Origin: an uncultured Chloroflexia bacterium
GTDB lineage: Bacteria; Chloroflexota; Limnocylindria; Limnocylindrales; CSP1-4
DNA length: 64,000 nt
Assembly (NCBI GenBank): GCA_963819655.1
Contig: CAWFXA010000003.1
Span: 1 to 64,000 of the forward strand
Reading direction: 5' to 3'
A model generated the notes under the pieces. That model searched no databases. It saw nothing but the letters and a program-made list of their open reading frames with translations, and had not been told where the DNA came from. Shown here piece by piece: positions 19,330-30,137 of the stretch. Each line of letters begins with the position of its first letter. Within the stretch, counting starts at the first letter, position 1. The position numbers and the translations under genes were made by a program.

Positions 19330-19579
19330 CCGTGGTGGTCGCGATGCTCTGAGTAACCGTCTCCCGAGCGCACTCCCTTGTCATGCGCTGGATGAATACG
19401 GATTCGCGCCGGGGGCTCACCCGTCCCGCATGCGCCCGCTGAATGACGAGGGAGTGGTCTGACGCGAAGGCCGCCGCTCCGGCGGGAACTCCAGCCCACG
19501 CTGCGGGACGCGCTACCGGCTCGGGGCTAGGATGACGACACTTTCCGACTCGACCCTGTCGCGCCCCAGGAGGCCTCTC

Positions 19580-21031
19580 GTGACCGAGACGCTCGAACGA
19601 GCCAAGACCTACCAGCAGTTCATCGGCGGCGACTTCGTCGATGCCGCAGACGGCAAAACGGCCGAGGTCATCAACCCCGCAAACGACCAGGTGATCGCCA
19701 ACGTCCCGGCTAGCTCGCAGCAGGACGTCGACAGGGCTGTCGACGCAGCGGCCACCGCGTTCGAGGAGTGGAAAAACACGACCCCGCAGGACCGCTCGCT
19801 GCTCCTGCTCAAGATCGCCGACGCGCTCGAGGCGAAGGCCGACGAGCTTGGTCGGCTCGAGAGCGCAAACGCCGGCAAGCCGGTCGGCGCGGCCATCGAC
19901 GAGATGTCCACCAGCGTCGACCTGTTCCGCTTCTTCGCCGGGGCGGCGCGCGTGATGGACGGTCTCGCGGCGAACGAGTTCATGGCGGGTCACACGTCAT
20001 TCATCCGGCGCGATCCGATCGGCGTCGTTGCGTCGATCGCGCCGTGGAACTACCCGCTCTACATGGCGACCTGGAAGCTCGGCCCGGCGCTGGCGACCGG
20101 CAACACGGTCGTGCTGAAGCCGTCGGCGCGGACGCCCCTGAGCGCGCTGGCGTTCGCGGAGATCCTCGGCGGGATCCTGCCGCCCGGCGTGGTGAACGTG
20201 CTGTCGGGGTCTGGCGCCGATATCGGTGACGCGCTGGTCGGTCACCCGAAGGTCCGCATGGTGTCGATCACGGGCGATACCGCGACCGGCAAGCGGATCG
20301 CGAAGATAGCCGCGGACACCGTGAAGCGGCTCCACCTCGAGCTCGGTGGCAAGGCGCCGATCATCATCTTCGACGACGCCGACGTCGACCTCGCCGCCGA
20401 AACCCTTCGCTCGGCTGGCTACTGGAACTCCGGCCAGGACTGCACGGCGGCAACACGAGTGATCGCCGGACCGAAGGTCTACGACAAGTTCGTCTCGGCA
20501 CTGGCCGACCAGGTCCGCACCATCAAATGGGGCGATCCGGCCGAGGGCGACGACATCGAGATGGGTCCGCTCATCGCAACCGCCCAGGCAGACAAGGTCG
20601 CCGGCATGGTCGAGCGGGCGCGGGGCAGCGCCGATGTCGTCGTCGGTGGCAACCGGCCGGACCGGCCGGGCGCCTACTACGAGCCCACGATCATCGCCGG
20701 CGCCGACCAGAAGTCCGAGATCATCCAGGATGAGGTCTTCGGACCGGTCGTCACGGTCCAGAAGTTCAGCGACGAGGAGACCGCGATCAAATGGGCCAAC
20801 GACACGCCTTACGGACTCGCCTCGTCGGTCTTCACAAGCGATATCGGCAGGGCGATGCGCGTCGCCAAGGCGCTCGAGTTCGGTCATGTCTGGATCAATG
20901 AGCACTTCACGTTGACATCGGAGACCCCGCACGGCGGCGTAAAGCAGTCCGGCTACGGCAAGGACGGCTCGAAGTACGCGCTCGAGGACTACACGTTCAT
21001 CAAGCACGTGATGATCAACTCGGGGACCTGA
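19580..21031 (+). CDS. Aldehyde dehydrogenase, gamma-aminobutyraldehyde DH-like
   Basis: [22 protein letters not shown] and EVFGPV motifs; AGGAGG RBS. Confidence 0.9.
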   Translation: MTETLERAKTYQQFIGGDFVDAADGKTAEVINPANDQVIANVPASSQQDVDRAVDAAATAFEEWKNTTPQDRSLLLLKIADALEAKADELGRLESANAGKPVGAAIDEMSTSVDLFRFFAGAARVMDGLAANEFMAGHTSFIRRDPIGVVASIAPWNYPLYMATWKLGPALATGNTVVLKPSARTPLSALAFAEILGGILPPGVVNVLSGSGADIGDALVGHPKVRMVSITGDTATGKRIAKIAADTVKRLHLELGGKAPIIIFDDADVDLAAETLRSAGYWNSGQDCTAATRVIAGPKVYDKFVSALADQVRTIKWGDPAEGDDIEMGPLIATAQADKVAGMVERARGSADVVVGGNRPDRPGAYYEPTIIAGADQKSEIIQDEVFGPVVTVQKFSDEETAIKWANDTPYGLASSVFTSDIGRAMRVAKALEFGHVWINEHFTLTSETPHGGVKQSGYGKDGSKYALEDYTFIKHVMINSGT

Positions 21032-21050
21032 GGTCGCCGCTCCCGGTCGC

Positions 21051-22465
21051 GTCGATGTCGAAGCCGCCGTCGCGGCGTTCGACCTCGAGGCATTCGCCGA
21101 GGCTCGCTGGTTCGGCGCGAAAGGCCGGACGATCGTGGGCGCCACGCTCGATGAGGCATTCGTCCTCGACGCCGAGGTGCCGCACGTCCTCGCGATGGTG
21201 CCGTTCGCGCTGGACGACAAGTCTCGCCAGACGTACAGCCTCGCCCTGACCGGCGAACCGCTGCGACCGGCTGAGCCCGGCGACGGCGCGTGGCGGGCGC
21301 TCGGCGTCGCGATGGCCGAGGGCCGGACGATCCCGGCGATCCCGTCGGGCGACGACCCCGCAGCCGTCCCGACCGGTGTGCTCGTCGCGCGTCCGGCGCG
21401 CGCGCTCCCGGACTTGGCGCCAGACGGGATCGGTCCGGAACGGGATCTCGGAGCGGACCAGTCGAACACCTCTGTGGTGCTCGGGGAGTCGCTCCTGCTC
21501 AAGGCGTATCGCCGTCTTCAACCCGGGCTCAACCCTGAGCTCGAGATGACGGCGTTCCTGAGCGAGGAAGCGGCATTCCCCGCGGTCCCGCGCCTGGCCG
21601 GCTTCGCGGAGGTCATCAGCCGGCGCGACGGCGCGACCACGGTCGCCATGCTCCAGGAGTTCGTCGACGACGGCGCTGACGCCTTCGAGTCGATCGCCGA
21701 GACCCTGACCGGCTGGCTGCTGGCGCCCGGCGAGGTCGGCCTCGAGGACGCGACGGATATCGCTGCCGATCTCGGGACGTTGACCGCCGGGCTCCACGCT
21801 GCGGTCAGCGATGGCCACGGCGTGCCCGAGATGGCGCCCCGCGAGGCGACGCGCGACGACGTGCGTGGCTGGGCGACCCGTGCCCATGAGCACATGACGA
21901 CGGCGCTCGACGTCGCCTCCGGCGAGGCCGGCCGGGTCGTGCGCGACCTCGCGCCGCGGATCGCCGAGTCGATCTCGGTGATCGACGCGCTGCCGACCGC
22001 GCCCGAGATCGTGCGCGCTCACGGCGACTATCACCTCGGTCAGGTGCTGATCGCGCCGGACGGCCTGCGGATCATCGATTTCGAAGGCGAGCCGCTGAGC
22101 TCGCCCGATGAGCGCCGGGCGCATCGGCCGGCGTTGCGCGACGTCGCGTCGATGCTGCGCTCCCTTGATCACGTGGCCCGGAGCGCCCGCCGACGCGCGG
22201 AGGCGCGCAACGGCGGCCCACTCGAACGACCGGGACTCGACATCGATGCGTGGCTGCGCCGGGCGCGCGAGCGGTTCCTGGAGTCTTATGGGGCGGGCCT
22301 CCTCGAGCGACGGGTGTCGGTGGACATCGATCCCGATCTGCTCCACGCGTTCGAGGTCGACAAGGAGCTGTACGAGTTCGCGTACGCGGCGACCTACCTG
22401 CCATCGTGGCTGTATGCGCCGACGGAGGGCATGCGTGCCCTGTTCGACGGGAGAATGGCGGCTGA
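21051..22465 (+). CDS. Maltokinase/Pep2-like phosphotransferase (both ends uncertain)
   Basis: ARWFGAK, DQSNTS, HGDYHLGQVL, IDFEGEP and RDVASMLRS motifs. No canonical start before ARWFGAK; the ORF as assembled runs to 22622. Confidence 0.8.
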
Positions 22466-23413
22466 CCGCGGTAGTCTTCCAGCGCCTGCCGGACCTCGCC
22501 GACCCGCTCGATGCTCTCGAGGTCGAACGGGTGCCGGAAGACGAAGATCACCTCACCTACACCTGTTCGGCGATACCCATCGAGGTACCCGGCCACCTCG
22601 GCCGGCGAGCCGCCGACGGTGAGCTCGCGATCCGTGCCGTCGGCCCCGACCCGGTCGACCAGGCCGTGGCGCTCCGCGATCGGCGTCCAGGCCTCGAGGG
22701 CGAGGGCCGCGGTGTCGCGAACGACCGCGTGGACCGTCACGGTCCGTTCGATCGCGTCGAACGGGCGGCCGATCTCATCGCAGCGTGTCCGGAGCACATC
22801 AGAGACTTCCGCGATCCGGCTCCGGATCGCCGTAGCCGTTCCACAGGTCGGCGTATCGAGCGGTCGTCCGCAAGGTCTTGGTGGGCCCTGACCCACCGAT
22901 CAGGATCGGCAATCGCGCCTGCACCGGGCGTGGCTCGCACAACGCGTCCCGCAATGTGTAGAAGGGGCCGTCGTGCGTGACGCGCTCCCCGTCGAGCAGG
23001 CGCCGTATGACGCCGGTCGCCTCGTCCAGGCGGTCCAGGCGCTCGCCGAAGCCGGTCCCGAAGTCGATGCCGAAGGCGTCGTGCTCGCGCTCGAACCAGC
23101 CGCCACCGAGGCCGAGCACCGCACGACCGCCGGACTGGTGGTCGAGCGTTGTCGCGAGCTTGGCGATCAGCCCCGGGTTGCGGAACGTCGTCGACGAGAC
23201 GAGCAGCCCGAGGCGGACGCGTGTCGTGATCGACGACACGGCCGCGAGCGACGCCCAGCCCTCGAGCTTCGGGTCGGCCCAGTCGGCCTCGTCCGACAAG
23301 AGGTGGTCGTCGAGCCAGAGCGAGTCCCACCCGGCCCGTTCGACGGCCAGACAGGCGTCGCGGAGGTCGGGCCAATCGGTGCGCTGGATCCAGAACGCAG
23401 CGCCGAACCGCAC
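22460..23413 (-). CDS. LLM-class flavin/F420-dependent oxidoreductase, frameshift near 22820; 3' end uncertain
   Basis: GWDSLWLDDH, FRNPGLIAK, LGLGGGW and ILIGGSG motifs; C-terminal part in the 22072..22896 frame. Confidence 0.8.
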
Positions 23414-23421
23414 GCTCGCTC

Positions 23422-24151
23422 TTAGCCGTCGAGTGTCGACAGGAAGCGGAACACCGGCGTCGCGCGCCCGTACGCGGTCGCCAGGATGTCGGGCAGCTCG
23501 GGCGAGTACACCTCGTCGTCTGACAACCGGCGGCCGAACACGATGTCCTTGTACCGGAACAGGTCGGCCATCGGGTGGTCGGGCGGGTAACCCGGCGGGA
23601 CGCGCTTGAGGGTCTCGTGACTCTCGACCGGGACCGAACTCCTCGATGAACGCGCGATCCTCGAGGGCGTCGCGGACGCGCCCCTCGTCGTCGAGGATGG
23701 CCTGTCGGAACGCGTCCAGCAGCGGCTTGGACGCGTGCCACATCCCGCCACCCGCGTAGTTGTTACCGGGCTGGAGGTGGAAGTACGCGCCGTTGCCGTG
23801 CTCGGTATGCGACATCGTCGCGTCGGGGTCCTCTCCTTCGAGCCACGGAAAGCTCGCGCCGATGTGCGTCTTGTACGGCGACTTGTCCTTGGCGAAACGG
23901 GTGTCGCGGTAGATCCGGAAGATCGAGCGCTTCGGATCGGCCTGGAACGGCAGCTTGCGGGCAGCGAACGCATCGGCGAGGGCGGCGACGAAGTCCTCCA
24001 TCGGGTCCTTGAGGAGTCGTTCGTACTCAGCCTTGCGGGCCTGGAACCAGGCCCGCTCGTTGTTCTGGGCGAGGTCGGCCAGGAAGTCGATGGCTTCGGG
24101 ACGGAAGCCGGTGAAGCGATGGGTGTCGACGACCACGGACGGATCCTCCAA
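23422..24151 (-). CDS. DUF2461 family protein, frameshift near 23630
   Basis: FLADLAQNNERAWF and SIFRIYRDTRFAKDKSPYK; then LKRVPPGY in another frame. Confidence 0.82.
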
Positions 24152-24256
24152 AGCGGCAACCGCAATCCTACGCGTCGCCGCTCACCACGCGATCAACCGC
24201 GTCTGCATCACCGCTATCCTGCGGCTCGTGCACGACGCTCGCGACCATCGCGCCGG

Positions 24257-25116
24257 GTGCCCGAGCCGCTGACGCGTCGCAAGTTCAACGGCCGGCTCCT
24301 CCGGCTGGCATGCGACATGCGCGTCGGCCGCTCCTTATCCGGGAGGCCGCGACGCCGTGGGAGGTCCTCGTCGCCGAGGTCATGAGCCAGCAGACCGGCG
24401 TGGATCGAGTCGGTCCGGCCTGGCGGCGCTTCATCGATCGCTGGCCGACGGCCGATGACCTCGCCGTCGCGAGCACGCACGAGCTGCTCGCGGCATGGGC
24501 CGGGCTCGGGTACAACCGGCGGGCGGTAAGCCTGCGCGAGACCGCCCGGGCGATGGTCGCTCACCACGGCGGCCGCGTGCCCAAGACCGTGGACGCTCTG
24601 CAGCGACTCCCAGGGATCGGCCCCTACACCGCCCGCGCAGTCGCTGCGTCGGCGTACGGCGTGCCGGTAGCGCCCCTCGACGTCAACGTTCGGCGCGTCG
24701 TCTCGCGCGTCCTGGGAGAAGAGCCGACCTCGGCCGGCTTCCAGGCCACCGCCGACCGCCTCGTGGCCCGCGGCCAGCCCGGCCGCTGGCTCGACGCGGT
24801 GATGGATCTGGGATCAACGACGTGCACTCCCCGGGCCCCGCGCTGCGATGCCTGCCCGGTCGCGTCCATGTGTGCGTCGCGCGGCACGGAAGTCGTCGCC
24901 CGGCCGAGGTCCCCAAGCGTGCGGTTCCCGGCGACGTCTCGCTGGCTTCGCGGCCGCCTGGTCGCGTTGCTGACCGGCGCTCCGGCAGGGACGTGGGTCG
25001 AGCTGCCACGCAGCCTCGGCGAGCACGACGCCGACGCGATAGCAAGGGCGGCACTCGGCCTCGAGCGCGACGGGATCTTCGAGCTCAACGAGCGATCGGC
25101 CCGCATCCGGGCCTGA
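24257..25116 (+). CDS. mutY: A/G-specific adenine glycosylase (short MutY); 5' end probably frameshifted
   Basis: EVMSQQT, WAGLGYNRRA, LPGIGPYTA, DVNVRRV and a C-x6-C-x2-C-x5-C Fe-S motif. Confidence 0.85.
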
Positions 25117-25161
25117 GCGAGTAACGACCGGCCGACCTCGGTGGGCTACGCTTGGCCGGCC

Positions 25162-25965
25162 ATGCAGTCAAGCCCTGTGACCGGCGCGGCCGCGTCACGA
25201 CTCCCCACGGACGATCCCGAGATCTTCGAGCTCGACCTGCGCGGCCTTCGGCGGCGCTGGGCGGATCGCGCCGGTCTGTCGCCGATCGGCGCGGAGGCGA
25301 TGCGTGGTGCGGATCGACTGGCCCAGGCCCTCGGCGTGAGCGAAGAGCGCCTCATGGAGCAGGCCGGGACCGCGGTGGCCGCCGCGGTTCGCGCGCTGGC
25401 CGTCGACACTGAGCGCTGGGGCAAGGGTCCGATCGTGATCCTGTGCGGCCCGGGCAACAACGGTGGAGACGGCTACGTGGCAGCCCGCCGACTGGCGCTG
25501 AACGGCGCCCAGGTGGTGGTCGCGGTCATCGCCTCCGAGGCACGACCGACCGGCGCCGCCTCATCAAAGAACTGGGACCGGATCGCGCGTGACACAGGCA
25601 TCGTCAAGGTCCACGCGCCCGTGGCCCGCGACGTCGCCGTCTTCGCCCAGGGCATCGAGAAGGCAGCGGTCATCGTCGACGCCCTGCTCGGAACCGGAGT
25701 CCGCGGCCCTCTTCGGGAGCCGATCCGAACTGCGGTCGAGGTCATCGACCGCGCGCACCGTGCCGGCATCCCGGTCGTAAGTGTCGACACGCCGACCGCA
25801 GTCGACCTCTCTAGCGGCGAGCCGTCCGATCCCGCGGTCCGAGCCGATCTCACCGTCACGTTCCACCGGCCCAAGACCGGTCTCACGACACGGCGTGGCG
25901 CCGCACACGCGGGCAAGGTGCTCGTGGCGCCGATCGGCATCCCGCCCGACGCGGACCGTGGCTGA
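25162..25965 (+). CDS. nnrE: NAD(P)H-hydrate epimerase (stand-alone YjeF-N)
   Basis: LMEQAG, CGPGNNGGDG, VDALLGTG and SVDTP motifs. Confidence 0.9.
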   Translation: MQSSPVTGAAASRLPTDDPEIFELDLRGLRRRWADRAGLSPIGAEAMRGADRLAQALGVSEERLMEQAGTAVAAAVRALAVDTERWGKGPIVILCGPGNNGGDGYVAARRLALNGAQVVVAVIASEARPTGAASSKNWDRIARDTGIVKVHAPVARDVAVFAQGIEKAAVIVDALLGTGVRGPLREPIRTAVEVIDRAHRAGIPVVSVDTPTAVDLSSGEPSDPAVRADLTVTFHRPKTGLTTRRGAAHAGKVLVAPIGIPPDADRG

Positions 25966-26188
25966 TCCGAACGAGGCCAGGCGCCAGCCGGGCTGGCCGC
26001 AGGTCGCGCTCGTGGCGATCGGAGTGGTCGCGGTCGTGGTCGGCGCCGCGTTGCTCACCGGGCTGCTGCCGACGCCGATCCAACGGGCGATCTTCCACGG
26101 GCCCGTGCTGATCGGCGTCCTGATCGTCGGCACGGCCTGGCTGCTGTGGCGCGTCGCGCACGGACGACCCATCGACCGCGAGCCATGA
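25958..26188 (+). CDS. Small two-TM membrane protein
   Basis: Two hydrophobic helices; overlaps both neighbours in the operon. Confidence 0.65.
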   Translation: MADPNEARRQPGWPQVALVAIGVVAVVVGAALLTGLLPTPIQRAIFHGPVLIGVLIVGTAWLLWRVAHGRPIDREP

Positions 26189-27861
26189 CCGATCCGGCCT
26201 CGACGCCGGCGTCCGCATCGGCCCCGCTCGAGCGCCGAGCGGCCGATATCGCCCGGCTCGCCGCCACGACGTGGGACGTGGTGATCGTCGGCGGCGGGAT
26301 CGTCGGTGCCGGCGCGCTGCTCGATGCCCTCTCCCGCGGTTTGACAGCCGCGCTCGTCGAGCAGGACGACGTCGCGGTCGGCACCTCGTCGCGGTCATCC
26401 CGACTCATCCACGGCGGCCTGCGGTATCTCGAGCAGGTCCATATCCCACTCGTGCGCGAGGCGCTCGCCGAACGGCGCCGTCTGTTGCGCAACGCGCCCC
26501 ATCTCGTCTCGCTCGAACCGCAGCTGTTCCCGGTGTACGGGATCCCGTTCGTGCATAAGGCGTTCTACGACGCCGGACTGACCCTGTACGACCTTCTCGG
26601 AGCGAGGCATGACGGCGGCTGGCACCGGCGGCTCGATAAGGCGCAGACGCTCGAGATCGCTCCATCCTTGCGCCGGGACGGCCTTCGCGGCGGCCTGCTG
26701 TACCACGACGGGATGGAGGACGACGCTCGATTCACGCTCGCGGTCCTGAGGACCGCGCTTGCCGCCCAGGCGGGAGCCCTCGCTGTGACGCGAGTCCGGG
26801 CGACGGCGGTCGACAGCGATGCGACGACCGGCGTGCTGCGAAGCCTCCGCGTGCGCGACCTGCTCGGGGGCGACGAGCTCGATGTCAGGACGCGCGCGGT
26901 GGTCGATGCCACGGGCGTCTGGGCGGCCGAATCGAGCCATCCACTCGCGAGCCCGTCGATGCGGCTGCGGCCCAGTCGGGGTGCCCACATCGTCGTGCCG
27001 CGAGGACGGATCCCGGCGACGGCCGGGTTGACGGTCCGGGTGCCAGGCAAGGTGGTCTTCCTCGTTCCGTGGCCGGACTACTGGCTCATCGGGACGACCG
27101 ACGCGCCATACGACGGACAAGCCGACCGACCGTCGGCCAGCCTACGGGAGATCGACGACCTGCTGGCGACCGTCAATGACACGTTCGATGTGGGGCTCGG
27201 ACGGGACGACGTGGTCGGCACGTTCGCCGGTCTGCGGCCGCTCATCGCGCCGTCCGGCGGGTCGACCGTGAAGGCGTCGCGCGAGCACCGGGTGACGGTC
27301 GAATCGAACGGCGTGGTCCGCATCGCCGGCGGCAAGTACACGACGTACCGGGTCATGGCGAGCGACGTCATCGATGCCGTGTTGGGCCGCGACGGAGCCC
27401 GGCGCCGACCGAGCGACACCGCGGATCGGCGGCTGATCGGCGCGGTCGACGGGCCCGAGCGCGAACGCCTGGCCGCCGAACTGGGCACGATCCCGGCCAT
27501 CGCCGACGCGCATCCGGAGGCGGCGGCTCGGCTCGTCGCCCGGCACGGCACCGAGGCACCGGCGGTCGTTGCGCTCGGCGCGGACCTCGATCTCCTTCAG
27601 CCGCTCGTGCCGGGCCGACCGTTCCTCGAGGGGGAGGTGGCCTGGGCGGTCCGCCAGGAGCTCGCCCTGTCGGTCGACGACGTGTTGTCCCGACGATTCC
27701 GGCTCAGCCCCGAGCTCGGGGACGCGCGCGCCGCGGCGGCGGCGAAGGTCGCATCGATCGTGGCCAGGGAGCTCGGCTGGAGCGTCGAGCGCTGCGAACG
27801 TGAACGCGACACGTACCTCGCCAGCGCGGCTCGCGAGTACGCGGCGGCTCCCGCCGACTGA
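26185..27861 (+). CDS. glpD: FAD-dependent glycerol-3-phosphate dehydrogenase
   Basis: VGGGIVGAG, GTSSRSSRLIHGGLRYL, AGLRPL and GGKYTTYR motifs. Confidence 0.92.
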   Translation: MTDPASTPASASAPLERRAADIARLAATTWDVVIVGGGIVGAGALLDALSRGLTAALVEQDDVAVGTSSRSSRLIHGGLRYLEQVHIPLVREALAERRRLLRNAPHLVSLEPQLFPVYGIPFVHKAFYDAGLTLYDLLGARHDGGWHRRLDKAQTLEIAPSLRRDGLRGGLLYHDGMEDDARFTLAVLRTALAAQAGALAVTRVRATAVDSDATTGVLRSLRVRDLLGGDELDVRTRAVVDATGVWAAESSHPLASPSMRLRPSRGAHIVVPRGRIPATAGLTVRVPGKVVFLVPWPDYWLIGTTDAPYDGQADRPSASLREIDDLLATVNDTFDVGLGRDDVVGTFAGLRPLIAPSGGSTVKASREHRVTVESNGVVRIAGGKYTTYRVMASDVIDAVLGRDGARRRPSDTADRRLIGAVDGPERERLAAELGTIPAIADAHPEAAARLVARHGTEAPAVVALGADLDLLQPLVPGRPFLEGEVAWAVRQELALSVDDVLSRRFRLSPELGDARAAAAAKVASIVARELGWSVERCERERDTYLASAAREYAAAPAD

Positions 27862-27940
27862 GGGCGCGGCCGACGCCCGGCCGATGGCCGGTGGTGCGAA
27901 CGTCATCGGGGCGTCACGCGGGCCGGTCACCGTCTGGCGC

Positions 27941-28639
27941 ATGGACGCGATCGGCGACTTCGGACGATCCTTCTTCAACGCCCTGTACGACTACCGGTTG
28001 CCGATCGCGGTGGTGTCTGCGGTGGTCGCCGCGTCAGTCGTCCTCATCGCCTGGCGGCGCGGTTGGTTCGCCGCCGCGCGCAGGCACCCGGGTCGGTCGG
28101 CGCTCGTCCTCGTCGTCGCCGTCGCGGTGGGCGGTCCGCTGGCCTGGTATCTCGCCTCGCCGATCTGGATCCGTACGTCGCTCGTCGAGGCCGGTCCAGC
28201 CGCTTCCCCCGCCATCGCATCGAGCCCGGCGCCGTCGGTCACCGCATCGGCACCGACGGCGGCTCCGACCTCCGCCGCGACCGCCGCCCCCACGCCCGAG
28301 CCCACCGAGTTCGCCCCGACGACGGTCGCGACAGGCCGCTTTTCCGGCACCGACGAGTTCCATTTCGGGCGAGGGACCGCGTCGATCGTCGAGGTCGAGC
28401 CCGGCCGCTTCCACCTCCGACTCGAGGACTTCAGCGTGCGGAATGGCCCGGATCTGTACGTCTACTTGTCGACGGCCGCCGACGACTACGCGCAGGATTC
28501 CCTCGAGGTCGGCCTGCTCAAAGCGACCGACGGCTCGTTCGGCTACGACCTTCCAGAGGGCACGGATCCGAGCCGGTTTCGGAGCGCGATCATCTGGTGC
28601 AAGCAGTTCAGCCACCTGTTCGCGGTGGCCCCTTTCTGA
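27941..28639 (+). CDS. DM13 domain membrane-anchored protein
   Basis: Two TM helices, Ala/Pro/Thr linker, then NGPDLYVYL and IWCKQFS. Confidence 0.85.
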   Translation: MDAIGDFGRSFFNALYDYRLPIAVVSAVVAASVVLIAWRRGWFAAARRHPGRSALVLVVAVAVGGPLAWYLASPIWIRTSLVEAGPAASPAIASSPAPSVTASAPTAAPTSAATAAPTPEPTEFAPTTVATGRFSGTDEFHFGRGTASIVEVEPGRFHLRLEDFSVRNGPDLYVYLSTAADDYAQDSLEVGLLKATDGSFGYDLPEGTDPSRFRSAIIWCKQFSHLFAVAPF

Positions 28640-28806
28640 GCCGAAAGTCAGGGCTGTACAAGCACGGTTCGAGCGCGGTACCATCCCGCTGGCAAACGCC
28701 ACGGAAGCGTCCGTGGCCAGAACGTAGCTCGACGCAACTCGGACTCCTCACGGCTGACGCGAGAAACCCGATGGGATCGCGCCGGCTACCGAGAGGAGTC
28801 TGTTCT

Positions 28807-29199
28807 TTGTACAGCGATAAGAACCTGACCTGCGCGGACTGTGGACAGGAATTCGTGTTCACGGCGTCCGAGCAGGACTTCTATGCGCAGCGTGGCTTCA
28901 CCGAGCCGCGCCGCTGCGCTTCGTGTCGGGCAAGCCGCAAGGCCGCCCGCAACGCGGACGGCGGCGGCAGCAGCTCGTATGGCAGCTACGGTGCCGGCGG
29001 CGGGTACTCCGCCGGCGGTGGCGCTGGCGGCGGCGGCGGCGGGTATGGTGGTGGCGGTGGATACCGCGACCGCGGCCCCCGCGAGATGTTCGCAGCCACC
29101 TGCTCGAACTGCGGCCGCGAGGCGCAGGTCCCATTCCGACCGACGAGCGGCAAGCCCGTCTATTGCAGCGACTGCTTCCGGAGCATGCGCGGCGCCTAG
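28807..29199 (+). CDS. Zinc-ribbon / CxxC-x17-CxxC protein with Gly-rich linker
   Basis: DKNLTCADCGQEFVFTASEQDFY...RCASC and CSNCG...PVYCSDCF; TTG start with GAGGAG RBS. Confidence 0.88.
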   Translation: MYSDKNLTCADCGQEFVFTASEQDFYAQRGFTEPRRCASCRASRKAARNADGGGSSSYGSYGAGGGYSAGGGAGGGGGGYGGGGGYRDRGPREMFAATCSNCGREAQVPFRPTSGKPVYCSDCFRSMRGA

Positions 29200-29252
29200 T
29201 CCCATCCTCTCGGCGCGGGCCGACTCACGGCCCGCCGAACCAGCGCGATCCC

Positions 29253-29281
29253 CGACCCGGGCCGTCAGCCGACCCGGGTCG
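29253..29281. terminator. Hairpin between convergent genes
   Basis: cgacccggg / cccgggtcg inverted repeat. Confidence 0.4.
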
Positions 29282-29297
29282 ATCGATTCCCGGCGGG

Positions 29298-29945
29298 TCA
29301 GCCGCCGCTCGACCGTTTCCCGGCCAGCAAGCCCAGGTCGAACTTTCGCTCGGTTCCGTGCAGCAGGCGGTCGATGTTGTCGGCGTGGGCGAGCCAGATG
29401 AACGCCGTCCCGACCGCCGTGTAGATGACATACGGGAGCGGTGTCTCCGGCACGAGCAGCAGGACCAGTAGAATCGCCGGGATCATCGCCGCCGACCCGA
29501 GCAGCGACCCCAGGGACACATAGCGTGTCAGCAGGATCGCGAGCACGAAGACCGGCGTCGCGAGCAGCACCGCGATCGGCTGGATCACGAGCATCGTTCC
29601 GACGCCCGTGGCGACCCCGCGACCGCTGCGGAACCCGACGAACACGCTCCAGATCGCGCCGGCGACGGCCGCGCCGCCGCACAGTACCTCGACGAGCGGA
29701 TCACCGGTCACGATCCGTGCCAGCAGGACCGGCAACGCGCCCTTCAGCAGGTCGCCGACGACGACGACAGCGGCCCATTTCCGACCCAGCGCTCGGAGGG
29801 CGTTCGTGCCGCCCGTCCGGCCCGATCCGATCGAGCGGAGGTCGGGTCCGCCGACCCGCTGCGCCACGATCGCGCCGACCGGGATCGAACCTGCCAGGTA
29901 CGCGATGAGCATCAGGCCGACCGTCCGCGCGAAGTCCGGTCCCAT
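29298..29945 (-). CDS. plsY: Glycerol-3-phosphate acyltransferase PlsY
   Basis: YLAGSIP, GSGRTGGTN, DLLKG, FRSGRGVATG and HADNIDRL motifs. Confidence 0.9.
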   Translation of the reverse strand: MGPDFARTVGLMLIAYLAGSIPVGAIVAQRVGGPDLRSIGSGRTGGTNALRALGRKWAAVVVVGDLLKGALPVLLARIVTGDPLVEVLCGGAAVAGAIWSVFVGFRSGRGVATGVGTMLVIQPIAVLLATPVFVLAILLTRYVSLGSLLGSAAMIPAILLVLLLVPETPLPYVIYTAVGTAFIWLAHADNIDRLLHGTERKFDLGLLAGKRSSGG

Positions 29946-30137
29946 CGATGCTCCTGTTCGAGGGTGGTTCGAGGAGCCCGAGTCTAGCACCGGCCGACCG
30001 GGCGGCCGGACACCCGGTCGGTTGCGCCAGTCGCAACGGCACGCGTACCATCGAACGCGATGATCCACCCGCCCGCGCAGACCCTCGACGCCTGTTCGTC
30101 GGCTTCCGCGCCGAGGCTCCCAGAGGCTCCCTGACCC

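Noticed and set aside
22799-24151. Apparent DUF2461-LLM fusion (450-aa ORF)
   Set aside because: Produced by a frameshift near 23630; the DUF2461 C-terminus is in another frame with its own stop at 23422.
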